Numbered from the whole stretch's first letter, positions 13,685 to 27,637 are shown. The stretch is DNA of 62,935 nt, filler included, from Octopus bimaculoides (GCF_001194135.2; 6 parts of 6 records of this genome joined end to end with filler, not necessarily neighbours in it); one strand, 5' to 3'. Numbers and translations are program-made. The notes: generated by a model not told the origin, from the sequence alone.

Positions 13685-14245
13685 AGCTTTGTTTATAATT
13701 TCAGCAAGCAAACTGTTTTTCTGATCAGTGCATATATACCAATAGAATTATTGTTATTTTATATTGTGTACAGCAAAATCCGAAGCGATTATTTAGATAT
13801 TTAATCTTAATACGGCGCAGCAGATTCGAACGCAAAAATATGGTAGTTGATGTTGTGCACGTCACAGGAGAACAGCATTTTTATAGATGACAATGCGTTC
13901 ATAATATACTCGGCTTACTGGAGCAAAGGATTCTGGGTCACTATCGTTTCGACATGTTGCATCTCGTCAGAAGTACCCAAACCTTTTGATCCAGCACAAG
14001 CCCTTCGATTTATTTATACTTCCAGCAAACAAACTGTTGGCTGGTAAGTGCTTATATCTGTCAAAGGCAAAAGGAAAAAAAAAAAATCGTTATTTCATAA
14101 AGTGTACAACGAAATCCGAAACGATGACTTCAATATTATTCCTAAAACTTTCTGGCAGATTCGAACGCAAAAATATGCTAGTCGCTATTATGTACGTCAC
14201 AGAGAACAACTTTTTCAATTTACAACGACAATGTGCTCATAAAAA
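13685..14245 (-). repeat. Old partial tandem repeat, period about 320-340 bp, with a hammerhead between the copies
   Basis: About 13685-13900 aligns by eye with about 14005-14245 (for example CAGATTCGAACGCAAAAATATG at both sites). The copies are otherwise clearly diverged. Confidence 0.75.
13934..13979 (-). ncRNA. Degenerate minimal hammerhead ribozyme
   Basis: UGGGUACU-U-CUGACGA-GAU-GCAACAU-GUC-GAAAC-GAU-AGU-G-ACCCA. Core is intact and stem I has 8 bp with one bulge, but the cleavage triplet region is non-canonical. Confidence 0.55.
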
Positions 14246-14947
14246 AAAAAAATAATAATTACAATAACTCGATTCATTCAGGACGTCTGAAAAAATACAA
14301 AGTCTTGAAAGAGAGATATTGAAAGGAATCCTATTCATTCCGAACAAACGGCAAATACACTCCGAAGTTTGGACATCCGTAATAAATATCTAAACTGCTG
14401 TAAAACATCCAACTCTCTCTCTCTCCATAATTGATAAAACATTCTTGTAAATATCATGAAGAATTAATGCAGGCCAGAATATCGATAAAGTGCTTCGAGA
14501 GAGAAAGAGGATTTTTTTCACTTTTAAAATACAATTATCTAATTAGAGAGAGATTAGTTATCAATAACATCGTTTCTAGCTGTCTCTTTTTTAATAGAGT
14601 CTAGTATTTGATATAAGCAGAATGGAACTTTTTTTTCTGTTGTTTTTTTTTAATTTTATTTTTTATTTTTTTCTTCTGTCCGGTATAGAAGTATAATATA
14701 TACTGAAATAAAACATTTTTCTGAATGACTATCTGGTATGTAGAATGGTTGAGATTGGTTGAAAGGATATGTAGACTGTATGTATGTATGTATGTATGTA
14801 TGTATGTATGTATGTATGTATGTATGTATGTACGTATGTACGTTCATATGTATGTTTGTGCATGTATGGGTATATACATATATACACATAGGCATATACA
14901 TATATGTATGTATATATAAGCAAGTATACATATGTGTGTATGTGCAA

Positions 14948-14992
<45 letters not shown>

Positions 14993-15101
14993 NNNNNNNN
15001 NNNNNNNNNNNNNNNNNNNNNNNNNNNNNNNNNNNNNNNNNNNNNNNNNNNNNNNNNNNNNNNNNNNNNNNNNNNNNNNNNNNNNNNNNNNNNNNNNNNN
15101 N

Positions 15102-15158
<57 letters not shown>

Positions 15159-15569
15159 GTATATATATATTCCTCAATAGAAGGAACATTTCAGCCGGTT
15201 AAACATCTGTAATAAATCAGGCAATTAACTTGATGGACGATGTGTATTGATTGTTCGATTTAAGACTCTCCATACATGACAGAATCAGTTCATTTTCCCA
15301 AGATAAATTGAAGGACACTGTACGGAACTCTGTTAATGTGTGTTTCAGTGAATTCTAATATATTGATTAACGCAAATAGGAGATATTATTGAACATTAAC
15401 ACTATTAGGAATTAACTGCTAATATTTGAGCGAATGATTGTCTACGGAGTGCGTTTGCTCTGCTAGAATTAGTCGCCATGTCGCCCTCGAATCATTTTCG
15501 ACCGTCTTTGAAAGGATGTATTCGATAATTTGGGAGGGTTTTTTTAGTGCTTCTGCACATAGAAAAAAT

Positions 15570-15962
15570 ATTCTTTTCTACTCTAGGTACAAGGCTCGAA
15601 TTTTTTAGGGAGGGAGGCCAGTCGATTAGACCGACCGCAGTACGCAACTGGTACTTAATTTATCGACCTGGAAAGGATGAAAGGCAAAGCCGACCTCGGC
15701 GGAATTTGAACACAGGACATAAAGACAGACAAAATACCGCTAAGCATTATTCTTTTCTACTCTAAGACACAAGGCCCGATTTTTTTTTGGAGGGGACCAG
15801 TTGATTACATCGACCTCAGTACGCAACTGGTACTTAATTTATCGACTCCGAGGTCGATTTTGCCCTTCATCCTTTCGGGTCGATAAAATAGGTACCATTT
15901 GAGCGCTGGAGTCGATGTAATCAAACTAGCCCCTCCTCTCCCGAAAGTGTTGGCCTTGTGTC
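15570..15962. mobile_element. Cluster of three family A SINE pieces (two minus, one plus)
   Basis: Repeated GTCGATTA..CGACC..GTACGCAACTGGTACTTAATTTATCGAC, followed by an inverted copy. Confidence 0.88.
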
Positions 15963-16950
15963 GGCATGTCATCTTTGATGGTGCTGTGCCAGGCTTTGAG
16001 GCTGATGCACCCTCAAAAATATCTAAATCACTGCGATGGTGTGAACGACGGAGACGAAGATAAGGGTGAAGTGGGGTGGGCTTCACTTGTACGACACATC
16101 TTTGCTGCCGTTCATCTCATTGGTCAGAATGGCAGTCATGTGTCAAACGTAAACCAAACTTGGGTGTTTGGCATCTAGGATATTGATTTTTTCATCATTT
16201 GGGACTGTAAAATCAATTATCCGGCATTATCTATTCTCTTTATCTACTACTACCAAACCAGGTCTTCTAGCTTCTATTACTCTGTCAGTCTGATTGTTAA
16301 AATGTCACACGATCTTATATTTCTTACTTTCTAGTACTTTACTAAGTTCATGTTCATACCANNNNNNNNNNNNNNNNNNNNNNNNNNNNNNNNNNNNNNN
16401 NNNNNNNNNNNNNNNNNNNNNNNNNNNNNNNNNNNNNNNNNNNNNNNNNNNNNNNNNNNNNATATATATATGTATGTATGTATGTATGTATATGTATATA
16501 TATGTATATATGTGTGTGTGTATATGGTGGTGGCGATGATGGGTTTTTTCATGGTGTTGTTCTTTGATTTTAATAAAGAATTAATTCAGATTAAGGCAGT
16601 CGATGACAAAAAAACAGAAAGGAAAAGAAGGAAAAATAACAATCTAAGAACAATGTGCCGCACTAAAGTGAAAGCAGTGTAAATAACATTTGAAATGATG
16701 GATTTGACTGAAAGACAAGAAGATACCTGGAAACAGTTACAACAATTTCAACAAAGTTTCTTTTTCGTGTCAAGGAATGTAGCTTTACATACATACATAA
16801 TACATACATACATACATACATACATACATACATACATACATGCATCCATGCATACAGACATAGATATATTCATACATACACACGTACATACATTTATACA
16901 TACTTACATATAAGTATGTGTGGGTGAGTGTGCATTGAAACTTCCGCTGT

Positions 16951-16985
16951 GTATCCGATGAAGGACATTTTCCGAAACGTTATAC
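16951..16985 (+). ncRNA. Degenerate minimal hammerhead ribozyme (U4C)
   Basis: GUAU-CCGAUGA-A-GGA-CAUUU-UCC-GAA-ACGU-U-AUAC. All three stems and the ACGU palindrome are present, with one core substitution. Confidence 0.6.
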
Positions 16986-17185
16986 TCTTACTCTATAAAT
17001 CTACAAATTTCCCTTTAGAACTACTCTTTCCTTCTTTGACCACCAACCTAATAATACTGCGTTATATATATATATATATATATATNNNNNNNNNNNNNNN
17101 NNNNNNNNNNNNNNNNNNNNNNNNNNNNNTTAATTAATTAANNNNNNNNNNNNNNNNNNNNNNNNNNNNNNNNNNNNNNNNNNNN

Positions 17186-17224
<39 letters not shown>

Positions 17225-17245
17225 AAGACACACACACACTCACTC

Positions 17246-17291
<46 letters not shown>

Positions 17292-20200
17292 ATTTCTCAT
17301 GGAGCTGTACACAGCCAACGTGGAGATTTGTGAAATAGATGGCGATCTAACACGACGTAATTGTTATTTTAAATTTGACAAATTATGACCTTCTTTACTT
17401 TTTCAACACGCTAGTTCATTTCTTGTTGCTAAATCATGCTCATTATGTTATGCTGTTTTAAGGTCACAGATTTTTTAGCACTCCGGACAAAAGTTGCTTC
17501 GTGGCATTTCAACTGTCGTTACGGGTTGAGCTCAAATTCTGCTGAGTTCAATTTTGCCTTCCATCGTTTTGGGGTCGATAAAATAAAAATCAGTCGAGCT
17601 CTTTGGTCGATTTGATCGACTTACCGTCTCCCCAAAATTCCCAGCGTTAGCCAAAATTTGAAACCAGTATGTTATGTCGCTTTCGCTATATACTAGAGAA
17701 CAATATAATTTGAGAACAAAAGTATTAACAGCCAAGATATGTGATTAAGAGGTATTTGTGTGTATGTGTATCCTCCTGCCGGCTTGACAAATCATTGTTG
17801 ATTTGCTTGCGTACCCGTAATATATCGGCTTCATATAAGAGACTGGTAGACTAAATCTCAGGCATTAAACACAATATTAATTACTGAGTTCGATTTGTAC
17901 AACGAAACTCTTCAAGATAGTAAACCATAAAGACTGCAGTCCAATGACAGAAAGAAATAAGTATAAAGGTTATTAATCATTACAGATTTGAAGAGAGCAA
18001 TTCGCATTATTCTTTTCAAATTTTTGAGCCATGTTTCTAAATACTACTTCAATCACCACTGACTTCCGACTTTCCACGTAATAAATACTTGTATTGTACT
18101 TAATTTTTCTCACTAACTCTTTCATTCCATTCATAATGGACGTGTAATGGAAATACTCCACACTTATAAAATGGTATTATGACTTTCCGCACTAGAAGTA
18201 TATTATATGTTCGAATTCCCATTAATTACACAGAAATTTGCACGTTAAATTCATATAAAGATATTTAATTGGTCAAACAAGTGAGTGCTCATCGTCGAGG
18301 ACGACCGAGTATTTATCGTTGCTACACGATCGAAAATACACAAGTCTTTTTATCCATGTTCCTTAATGTGTGAATGTTAAAAATTGTGTGTGTATGCAGG
18401 TATATATATATATATATATATATGTGCTTCTGTCATATGTAGGAAATACTCTCGTACATGTCCAGCAACGAGCCTGGTCGTTTTTAATTCAGTGGATTTC
18501 ACTTAAGTGGCAGCGATTGTAGATGGCTATGTAGGTTGACAGAGATAGACGAATACCTATGAATATTTAAATAGTTGGATAGAGACATTGGTTTGCAGAG
18601 ACCTACATAGATAATTATGTTAGAACAACTTGAGAAAATTACACACACCTATTTCAAAAGAAATTGAGAAGCAGGCGTTATGCAGTATTAATGTACATAT
18701 ATGTATAAAGGTAGGTACGTATGTATGAATACATACGTATTTACATACATAGATTCATATATATATGTGTGTGTTTGTGTGTGTGCGTGTATTTACATAC
18801 GCAATGTATGTATATTTGTGTGTGTGTGGTGTGTGAGCGCGCGCATCTGTGTTTGTTTGTCTATGTGCGTGTGTTAGTGTGTATGTGTATGTGTACAAAT
18901 ATTACAGAAAGATGCTTGTGAACAAGGTAGTAGAAATGAAACTGGTATATCTGAATTAGATATCGAAACAGTGAGAGTGAGCTTAACTAAGCAAAAAGCC
19001 TGCGCCTTAACGTGTATATGAATTAAACAACCAAGTAAAATGAACCTGTCTAACTCACATATAAAAGATGGACTATTTAAAACCGTTAATCATGCAGAGC
19101 ATTTATTTGATTCGGACACCGTTTGCTAACTTACAAGCTGTAAAAAACAGAAAGAACTGAAAATTACGAGTTTAACTTCACAGTATATTGTTGTTCTTAA
19201 AAGTCCGTGTGCATTGTATATAAATCGACTAGAAACGAAAAAAAACACGCATTAAGCGATATGTAGATATAGTAAGTGTCATAGACTCAGATGTAAACAA
19301 CATTCTTTGTCATTTACAGCGAGATTATGCAAAGTAGGTGCTCCTCGGTTCCTGATGGGAACTATATAGCAAATAGAAACACATGAACATGTATTTGCAG
19401 GCAAGTGTCTTTATGTATATTGGTACGAATGTATATTTGTCTCTATGTACGCGGAGTCGGTTAGCAGCAGTATATTGTTGTTTTTTCCTGCTCCTGCTCA
19501 TTTCAAGAATGCATGTTACTTCTTTTGGGATGCATCATTTTTTTTTCTACCTTCCGTTTCTGGGTAAGTTCATGCGTGAGGGCATAAAAAAATGTATGCG
19601 ATGCCTGGTTCTGTAATAACTTGGCAAGTTAGCTTTCGTGAAAAGGATACACTACACAAACTGTTTCTGAATATGAAAGTTTTCTTAAAAATCAAATTTG
19701 GACGAGTTATGATATGTTAGTTTTTAAAGTACCACGTCTGTGCTGCAAATTTTGCACTAGTACTTAGGATTGTTTCATACTTATGCAGCTATTAATAATA
19801 TCTAAATTACTCCGCAGCCTTTTCTATACAAACAACGATTTTTTATTTACTATTTGATATGTCAATACATACAGATACGCATGTGTGTGCACCGGTGTGT
19901 GCCTGATTGAGTGTGTTTGTTTGTGCAATGGATACTTCCGGGCCTTACCAGTTAAATGAGAATACGCAATTTGTGTCCATTTTTGAGATACATATGACGA
20001 ATTTCGTACGTAAAATATAGCATATTCTAGGCTCGCAAGAGAGAACAAAGCATTATCAGAGTACATTCTCAATGACACTATCCTAAAACAAAAATGCTGT
20101 TTATTGATATGGAATTGCAGCCTCCATCTAAGTAAATGGATCTATAGAAATGGATCGAAGTCCTTATAAATTAGCCTGATACATATTCTTGATTTCACTA

Positions 20201-21399
20201 TCCTTGCTGAAAATTCATCCCGAAGTAGCATTTGCAATTTGGGGAATGTTCAGCAACATCGATACTTTAAAGTAATAAACGTTAATCAGGATTTGAAATA
20301 GCGTGAGTAGCGTTGTTGTATTAAAAAAACAAAATATTTTGGTATTAACCTTCAAGAGAAAATATAACAGTGGATGTGGCTCACCACCAGAGATTGTTTT
20401 TCAATGACATTTCAGCTAAATTAACTTTACTAACATGTTAAATGTCTCCACTCCCTTAAAGAAGCCTAAAGTAAGAGAATAATATTCAAAACAGGCAGAA
20501 AATATACAGTCTCTTGTATACCCACTGATAGGAAAATGTATTGAGAATATTTAAACAGCCTCAATAGGAGGATTAATATATGGAAGGTAATTTGATGCAT
20601 TGCAACACGTAAAGTAGAGTCATTAATCTCGGACTGCGTCTAAATCACTGATCTTTCTCTTGATATTTCGAATCGAAACAATAATCGATACTTTACAACG
20701 CTCAAATGAGACCATAATAGAGTAATGTTTTCACTACTAGGTTGGTTTTTCTGTTTCACATCATTCTAGGGCCATTTGGTCACCCGTCGGAATGGCATTA
20801 TGTGAAACACAGATACGCCACAGGCGAGAGATACTGTTCTATTTACTTCTATTTGCTCCTACAATAGTAGCTCACTGCTCCTCAGAGCTGCCTGAGGTCA
20901 TGTCACCAGTAAATAGGCAAACCTCTTCCTCATACGCATTATCGAATTACCTCCATTCTCAAAGTGTCCATTGTTGCTATTGACAAGAAATATATAAATA
21001 ACATGATTCTCAAGAGGAACGAGGCTACAAATTACATGTGGTGTGTATTACTTCCGCTTCTAGTGCTATACTTTGAGTTTATATGTCATGCATATAAGCT
21101 TCCCGGATTCACAAAATAAATAGACACATCAAACTGCAAACAACCGTATGACTAACTATTACTGTCTAGTTAACATTACTTGCAGACATACATGCCACTG
21201 ATGATAATATTTATTTGCGAGCACTTACACCAGAAAACTTGTTTCCAAGTCCACGATACATAAAGCTACACTTCTCCACTAAATGACACTCAAAATAACT
21301 ATAATGGACACAACACGAACGTCTTCATAGATGTATATTCATTACAAAAATTCAATTATCGTCCTTGTACATTTAAAGAGTAACATAAGATCAGATGCA

Positions 21400-22715
21400 A
21401 GAGTAGTCTGCAAAGTCTGTAGGCTGACTATCGTGTTAGAACTGTGAAATCCCGCATGCATTAATTTCAGTACATCGTATTAATAATTGCATTGTTTCTT
21501 TTCAGGTTAACTGACTTCTGACTGTTCAAAGATTTTAAATATAACTAGTTGCGATTTTTGTTCAAAATAAACTAAATTTGGCATCGTGGTGTTATCAAGC
21601 ATGTGCATAAGAAAGGCTTAGATCCCAAGGAAATTCATGCTGACATGGTTGCACAATAAGGGCGTGACGTTCCCGCTCCAAAATGGGCACCTGAATTTAG
21701 GAGGCTAGGGAGAGTGTTGAAGTAGATCCAACATCTGGACATCCTGCAACTGAAACTATCGAGGAAAATATTGATCGTGTTCAACACATGGCAATTGATG
21801 AGAAACGATTGATTGTAAATCAAAGGCCAAATTCTATTAGCATATCTTGTTAGAAAGTTGAGAATATTCTGCTCAATGAATGTGGTGGTGAGTACCGCGT
21901 CTTTGACACCTGATCAAAGGCTCACCAGGCTGACCAAATAGAGGGAAAATCTGACGTTGTTTGAGGCAAATCTAGCTGGTTTCATTGAACGATTCCGCAG
22001 CCAAGTGTATGTTGTGTTCATCATTTTAAGTCAGAGACAAGGAGACCGTCCATATTGACAGTCAATCATCTGTCCACATCTGTTACATCCTGTCTACATC
22101 TACTAACATCTGCTACATCTATCCACATCTGCTAAAACCTGTCCACATCTATTACAAGCAATGCCAAGCTCGTGTGATCTGCAGGGAAAATGATGGCCTC
22201 GACATTTGAAATACAAAAGGCATTGTGTTTACTGACTAATATCAAAAGGGAGACATCATCGGTGGGGAGCACTATGTTAACATCCTGAGACATTCACGTA
22301 AAGCTATCACGAGGAAAAGAACCTGGAAAATAGACGAAGGTGGCCTTGTTTCATTCGAACAACGCTCCAGCACACACGTCTCTGGATCCAGTCGCTGCTG
22401 TGAGAGACTGTGACTTTGAACTGGTTGATCAATCTCCCTATCTCCTTATTTATCCCTTCCTGGTTATCATCTCTTCCTCAACAGTAGAAAAAAGCATTTA
22501 GCTGGGTATCAGCATCGCAATTATGATGACATATCTGCTGTTGATGACATTTTTGACAAGCAGTATGAAAGCTTCTACACCAAATGGATCTAATAACTGC
22601 AACACCGGTGTATACGTATGTGGAGTGCAAATTTAATTTTGAAAATTAAACCGCTTTTGATCAGATTCCATGAGAATATCATCGACAGCTTTTGAACTTT
22701 TCAGCCGGCACTCTC
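21400..22715 (+). mobile_element. Decayed near-full-length mariner (Tc1/mariner) transposon
   Basis: Broken frames give RGVIKHVHKKGLDPKEIHADMV, DPTSGHPAT..EENIDRV, LTPDQR, SAGKMMAS, and degenerate NAPAH and PYSP motifs. Boundaries are approximate. Confidence 0.82.
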
Positions 22716-24454
22716 ACTTGATTTCCTTGCTTTCATGAAGACAACTCGCTACAAGTGTTAACATGACCTTCTATTTAGAGAGATAAAACGAAATTATGTC
22801 ATACCTTGTCCCAAACGTTGACGATTCCGGTTTTAAAACATAGCATAAAGAAAATCTGATGGATTAGTTTAAATTCTTTTTGAAAACGCTAAGGCTTTGG
22901 GATAATTTCGTTTAATGTAAGGGTTGGTTTAACGCTTTTTTTTGTTTACTTTTTGTTTATTAATATAACTGATTTACAGAAAATCTTTTCCTTGGCAATG
23001 TCTATCATAACCCACCTTTGTAAATCATTTACATTTTTGTATGTTTGAATATGTACGTACATGTGTAAGTATGTGTCTCTCCCTCTCCCTCTCTCTCTTT
23101 CTCTCTCTCTATCTGTCTATCTATCTATTTCATTATATCTGTTGTATGTATGGATATGTGCCTATATGAATAAAGCTATATATATATATATATATATATC
23201 GTTTTATAATTAAATTATAGCTGGCACATTTTATTAAATATTTCAAACGTTTTGATATATTTGAAAAGGTTCTTGCATATTTCTCGAGCTTTGTCCTAAA
23301 ACTTTTAGCAATAGTTGTGTTGGAGGTTCATTCTTTTGTATATTTGTCATAATTAAATAATGCAAGCCTTACACCCATAAGGTCCGAAAGTAAATTGTCA
23401 TCTTGCAAAAAAAAAAGGAAGAAAGCCTTACCTTCATCACGTAGATTATCTATATTCAGAATCATCAAAAGACTTAGAAGAAATATAATTTAGTCATTCT
23501 TTTGAAGAATTACATTTAGGGTAGTCTATCTAAATCAAAAACAACTTTTTCCGATAGGAAACGAAATATGAGATGAAGGGATTAGCGACAGCTCACACAC
23601 AACATTAGCCTCAAGTGAAAATAAACATACTTACAATGCCATATTGGAGAATGGCATTATAGTTGATTGAATATCTGTATCCTGAAACGATATTAGAGCT
23701 TCCTCCCGAATGAACATATTATCGAGGAAATAATTCGTTAGAGAAGCAATTTCTCGATCTTATAAAATAGTACATATATATATAAAAAATGAAATAATCG
23801 TAATGTGTTGGAAGAATCTTTCCTTTCGGATAAATCAACAATGTTCTTTCCCTCAAATGACCATTATTATATCGGTGAAGAAAAAAAAAATCGGTATTCA
23901 ATGATGATTGGCTGTCAGCAATAGAGAGATTTGTGGTTAGTGTCATAATGATATAATATTTCTTTATAAGTCAAGTTACTGACCGACGCTTTCTATACAT
24001 TTTATATAGTACAGCAAAACAGTTAAAGACGATTTCTTTCCACAAAGGGTTATTCAGAATGCAGCAATTCCAAGACTGATTTAGTGACACGTTCTACAGT
24101 CTATTCTTTTAATTGAACTTTGGGTAATCGCTATTTTAGACCCGTTTTATAATATCGGTGTAAATCATCAACCACTTTATTTAAAATAAATGTTCATTGG
24201 AAGCAAACCGGCAGAAAAGATGAAATGAGTTCAAAGAGATGCCAAAAATAACAACTAAATGTCCATTACACAAACTTTGGAAAATATTATGGCTATGGCA
24301 AGAGAAGCCCCTTCTGCGAAAGATTGGCTCATTATGAACTGAGGATAACCGCAATAGTATAACTTTATTTACATTAAAATATATTGATTAGTACTATTTA
24401 ATAATGGTAGAAGTATTGATAGTTTCGGTAAAATATTGACAATGTATAAATGAT

Positions 24455-25437
24455 TTAATAGGCAAAAATCTCGGTTATTGTACTAATGATGCATCTGTAC
24501 ACTACGTTACGGGTGCTGCAAAATCCAAATAAAGGACAATGGTACTTTTTTCTACAGTTGCACATGGTTGGGTTATCAACCCCACCTATATTATTTCTAA
24601 TATCTCTATTATTATTATTACTACAATTATTTACACTAATATCATTTATCAATTCCTCAATTCTACTATTAGGTATATATTGATTATTACCATCATTATT
24701 TAACTCGTTTCTTGATGTGCTATCAGTTGGACTTATTATTTCAACATTAGGCATATTGATATTATATGAACTAGGTCCTTGATCACTATTATTTCCATTG
24801 GAGTTGGGCCTATCATCAACTTCAGTTAAAACCGCAACGTCTTTACTGATGCATTCTATTTGTTGGTTGAATTTATGGTTGTTAGGACTAAGGATATTGT
24901 TATTATCTTCATAATTTCTTTTGCCATTGTTATATTCACTTCTATTTGTATAATTATTAGTAACATCATTATTGGTATTTGCTAGATTATTATGTGTATT
25001 CATATGACCACTATTTATAACTTCATTTATTCTAGCTGACTTGATGTTCTTTTAGTTTAACCTAGCTATGATTGTACCTACATTAGGAAGGGTAGAGTAA
25101 AAAATTCTGACTGTATGACAAGAGAAGATTCTACTATATCTGTGGGAAGAAGGGAACTTTTTTTGTAAAATATTCATAAATCTTTTGTAAATATTTGTGG
25201 ATATTGCACAGTTGAAGGGTATATTTAACCAGATAGAGTTTTTATTTTTTCTCTTAAATTTATTGCGTGGGTGAGTATGGGGTGTATTTTGATTACTATT
25301 ACTTCCCAGAACAATATTATTATTATGATTGGTAGTTCTTTTAGTTGTGGGATGCTTATTATTTTTATCATTAGATTCGACATTACTGTCTACTAATATC
25401 GGTTTATTACTAGTGTTAGCATGTAGTTTACTATTAN
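24455..25437 (-). mobile_element. Second Penelope-like retroelement fragment (RT C-terminal linker, Asn-rich insert, CNC..CPL..C motif, start of GIY-YIG)
   Basis: Hand translation gives RKNKNSIWLNIPF..TNIYKRF..FP..H..YSTLPN, one in-frame TAA, an N-rich tract, then CNCRKKYHCPLFGFCSTRNVVYRC. The fragment runs into a gap. Confidence 0.78.
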
Positions 25438-25587
25438 NNNNNNNNNNNNNNNNNNNNNNNNNNNNNNNNNNNNNNNNNNNTTAATTAATTAANNNNNNNN
25501 NNNNNNNNNNNNNNNNNNNNNNNNNNNNNNNNNNNNAGAGATGCGAGTTCGAGATGTGAGTTCGAGCTTTCAGTCTAATACACACAA

Positions 25588-25633
<46 letters not shown>

Positions 25634-25903
25634 AGAATATAAGTCGTTAGAATTCTGGGGAATTTTTTTTTATTTCTTCATTATTATTAGTGCTTTCGTA
25701 CCATTCTCGAACTTGTCAAATAAAATTTTGTGAATGTGGAAACAGCTTGTTCATTTATATGAGACAGATTTTTTGGGGCGGGGGGAGGTCTTTTGTTTAG
25801 AAGAGAACATTGTTTTTGTTATTTTTCTGTTTTTTGCTGAGGTTTCAAGACAATAGTGAGCGATAGATATAAATATAGGTAGGTAGATAGGCTGATAGGT
25901 AGG

Positions 25904-25974
<71 letters not shown>

Positions 25975-26309
25975 ATAGATGAAGAGAGAGAAAGGGTATC
26001 CCTTCTCTCCTGTCTATCTGTCTGACTATCTATTTCCATTGTCATGGAACCTCACCCCACCAAAAAAGAAAACGATGTTCTCTTCCAAAAAACAAAAAAC
26101 ATATATAAATGAACAAGCTGTTTGTACATTCACAAAATTTTATTTGGCAAGTTCAAGATAGGAATGAAAGCGCTAATAATAATGAAGAAATAAAAAGATT
26201 TTTTCCAAAATTCTGACGACTTTTTTCTTAATATTCAATTTCCGTACATCATACCTAACACTTTATACATACATACATGCATACATATATATGTATATAT
26301 ATACATACA

Positions 26310-26369
<60 letters not shown>

Positions 26370-26370
<1 letters not shown>

Positions 26371-26520
26371 TAGATCGACCCCAGTACGTAACTGGTACTT
26401 TATTTATCGACTCCGAAAGGATGAAAGGCAAAATCGACCTCAGCGGAATTTGAACTCAGAACGTAAAGACAAACGAAATACCTCTAAGCATTTCGCCCGG
26501 CGTACTAACGTTTCTACTTA
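26370..26520 (-). mobile_element. Family A SINE
   Basis: GGATGAAAGGCAAAATCGACCTCAGCGGAATTTGAACTCAGAACGTAAAGAC. Confidence 0.88.
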
Positions 26521-27008
26521 TTACTAATATTGTTATCTACTATCGTCCCCATTACCACTACCAACACAAACTACCACCAACATACTATCACTTTAACAAC
26601 ACAGTTATGTAGTAAAGAATATGTGAATATCTCCAGATAATAAAACCCACCGTAAATGAAAGACAGAAAGAGAGTGAGAGAAAGCGCAAGAGAGATAGAG
26701 AGAGGGTGACACTGAGTGTGACAAAGAAAGGATGAAAGACAGAAAGAAACGAAGGGTGAATCAAGGGGTGGGGAGAACATATGGAATAAAAGGAAACCTT
26801 TTAATCAAATTGCAGTTCAATAAATCTTTGTGCAGTGTCAACAAGTTAAAGAAAGGAAGCGCCATATCTATAGGAAGAGAGCTTGTTTATCTTTAGATTT
26901 TCTATTTCTCGCTTTCTTTGTTTCTTCGCCTTTTTCGGTTTCTTGTTTTCTTGGTTACGTATTGTCTATTTCTTCTTTGTTTTGTTTCGTTTTGTCTTTT
27001 CGCATCTC

Positions 27009-27020
27009 GGCGGCCATTTT
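27009..27020 (+). promoter_or_regulatory. YY1/Pho-like motif GGCGGCCATTTT in a small CpG-rich patch
   Basis: Motif match only; no functional evidence. Confidence 0.25.
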
Positions 27021-27637
27021 CGAACCGTCGAATGGTTCGCTCGTTAAACATTGAATTAACATAGGCCGGCTGCTTTAGCTAAAGATCAAGAACATAAAGA
27101 AAACATCAACAGATGGCATCGTATCGTATATAACTTCGATATCATTTCTAACAAATCATTTTACCATTATTGTACTGTGTTCCGTTATTCCACAATTTCC
27201 AAACACGAACATGTACACATACACAAATACAAAAATCACCCTTCAAAATCAACGGAATCCAGAAGACATTGAGGAAATCAATACAAACATATACATATAT
27301 ATATATATATATACATATATATATNNNNNNNNNNNNNNNNNNNNNNNNNNNNNNNNNNNNNNNNNNNNNNNNNNNNNNNNNNNNNNNNNNNNNNNNNNNN
27401 NNNNNNNNNNNNNNNNNNNNNNNNNNNNNNNNNNNNNNNNNNNNNNNNNNNNNNNNNNNNNNNNNNNNNNNNNNNNNNNNNNNNNNNNNNNNNNNNNNNN
27501 NNNNNNNNNNNNNNNNNNNNNNNNNNNNNNNNNNNNNNNNNNNNNNNNNNNNNNNNNNNNNNNNNNNNNNNNNNNNNNNNNNNNNNNNNNNNNNNNNNNN
27601 NNNNNNNNNNNNNNNNNNNNNNNNNNNNNNNNNNNNN

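Noticed and set aside
17130-17141. TTAATTAATTAA flanked by N runs, repeated at 25481, 28944, 35429 and 53604
   Set aside because: An identical six-frame-stop linker inside gaps is an assembly or scaffolding marker, not biology.
20792-20983. ORF with a signal-peptide-like stretch (MALCETQIRHRREILFYLLLFAPTIVAHCSSE), a possible contactin first exon
   Set aside because: The donor is weak, and the opposite strand resembles a decayed mariner region (TGD..W motif). Not supportable without cDNA.
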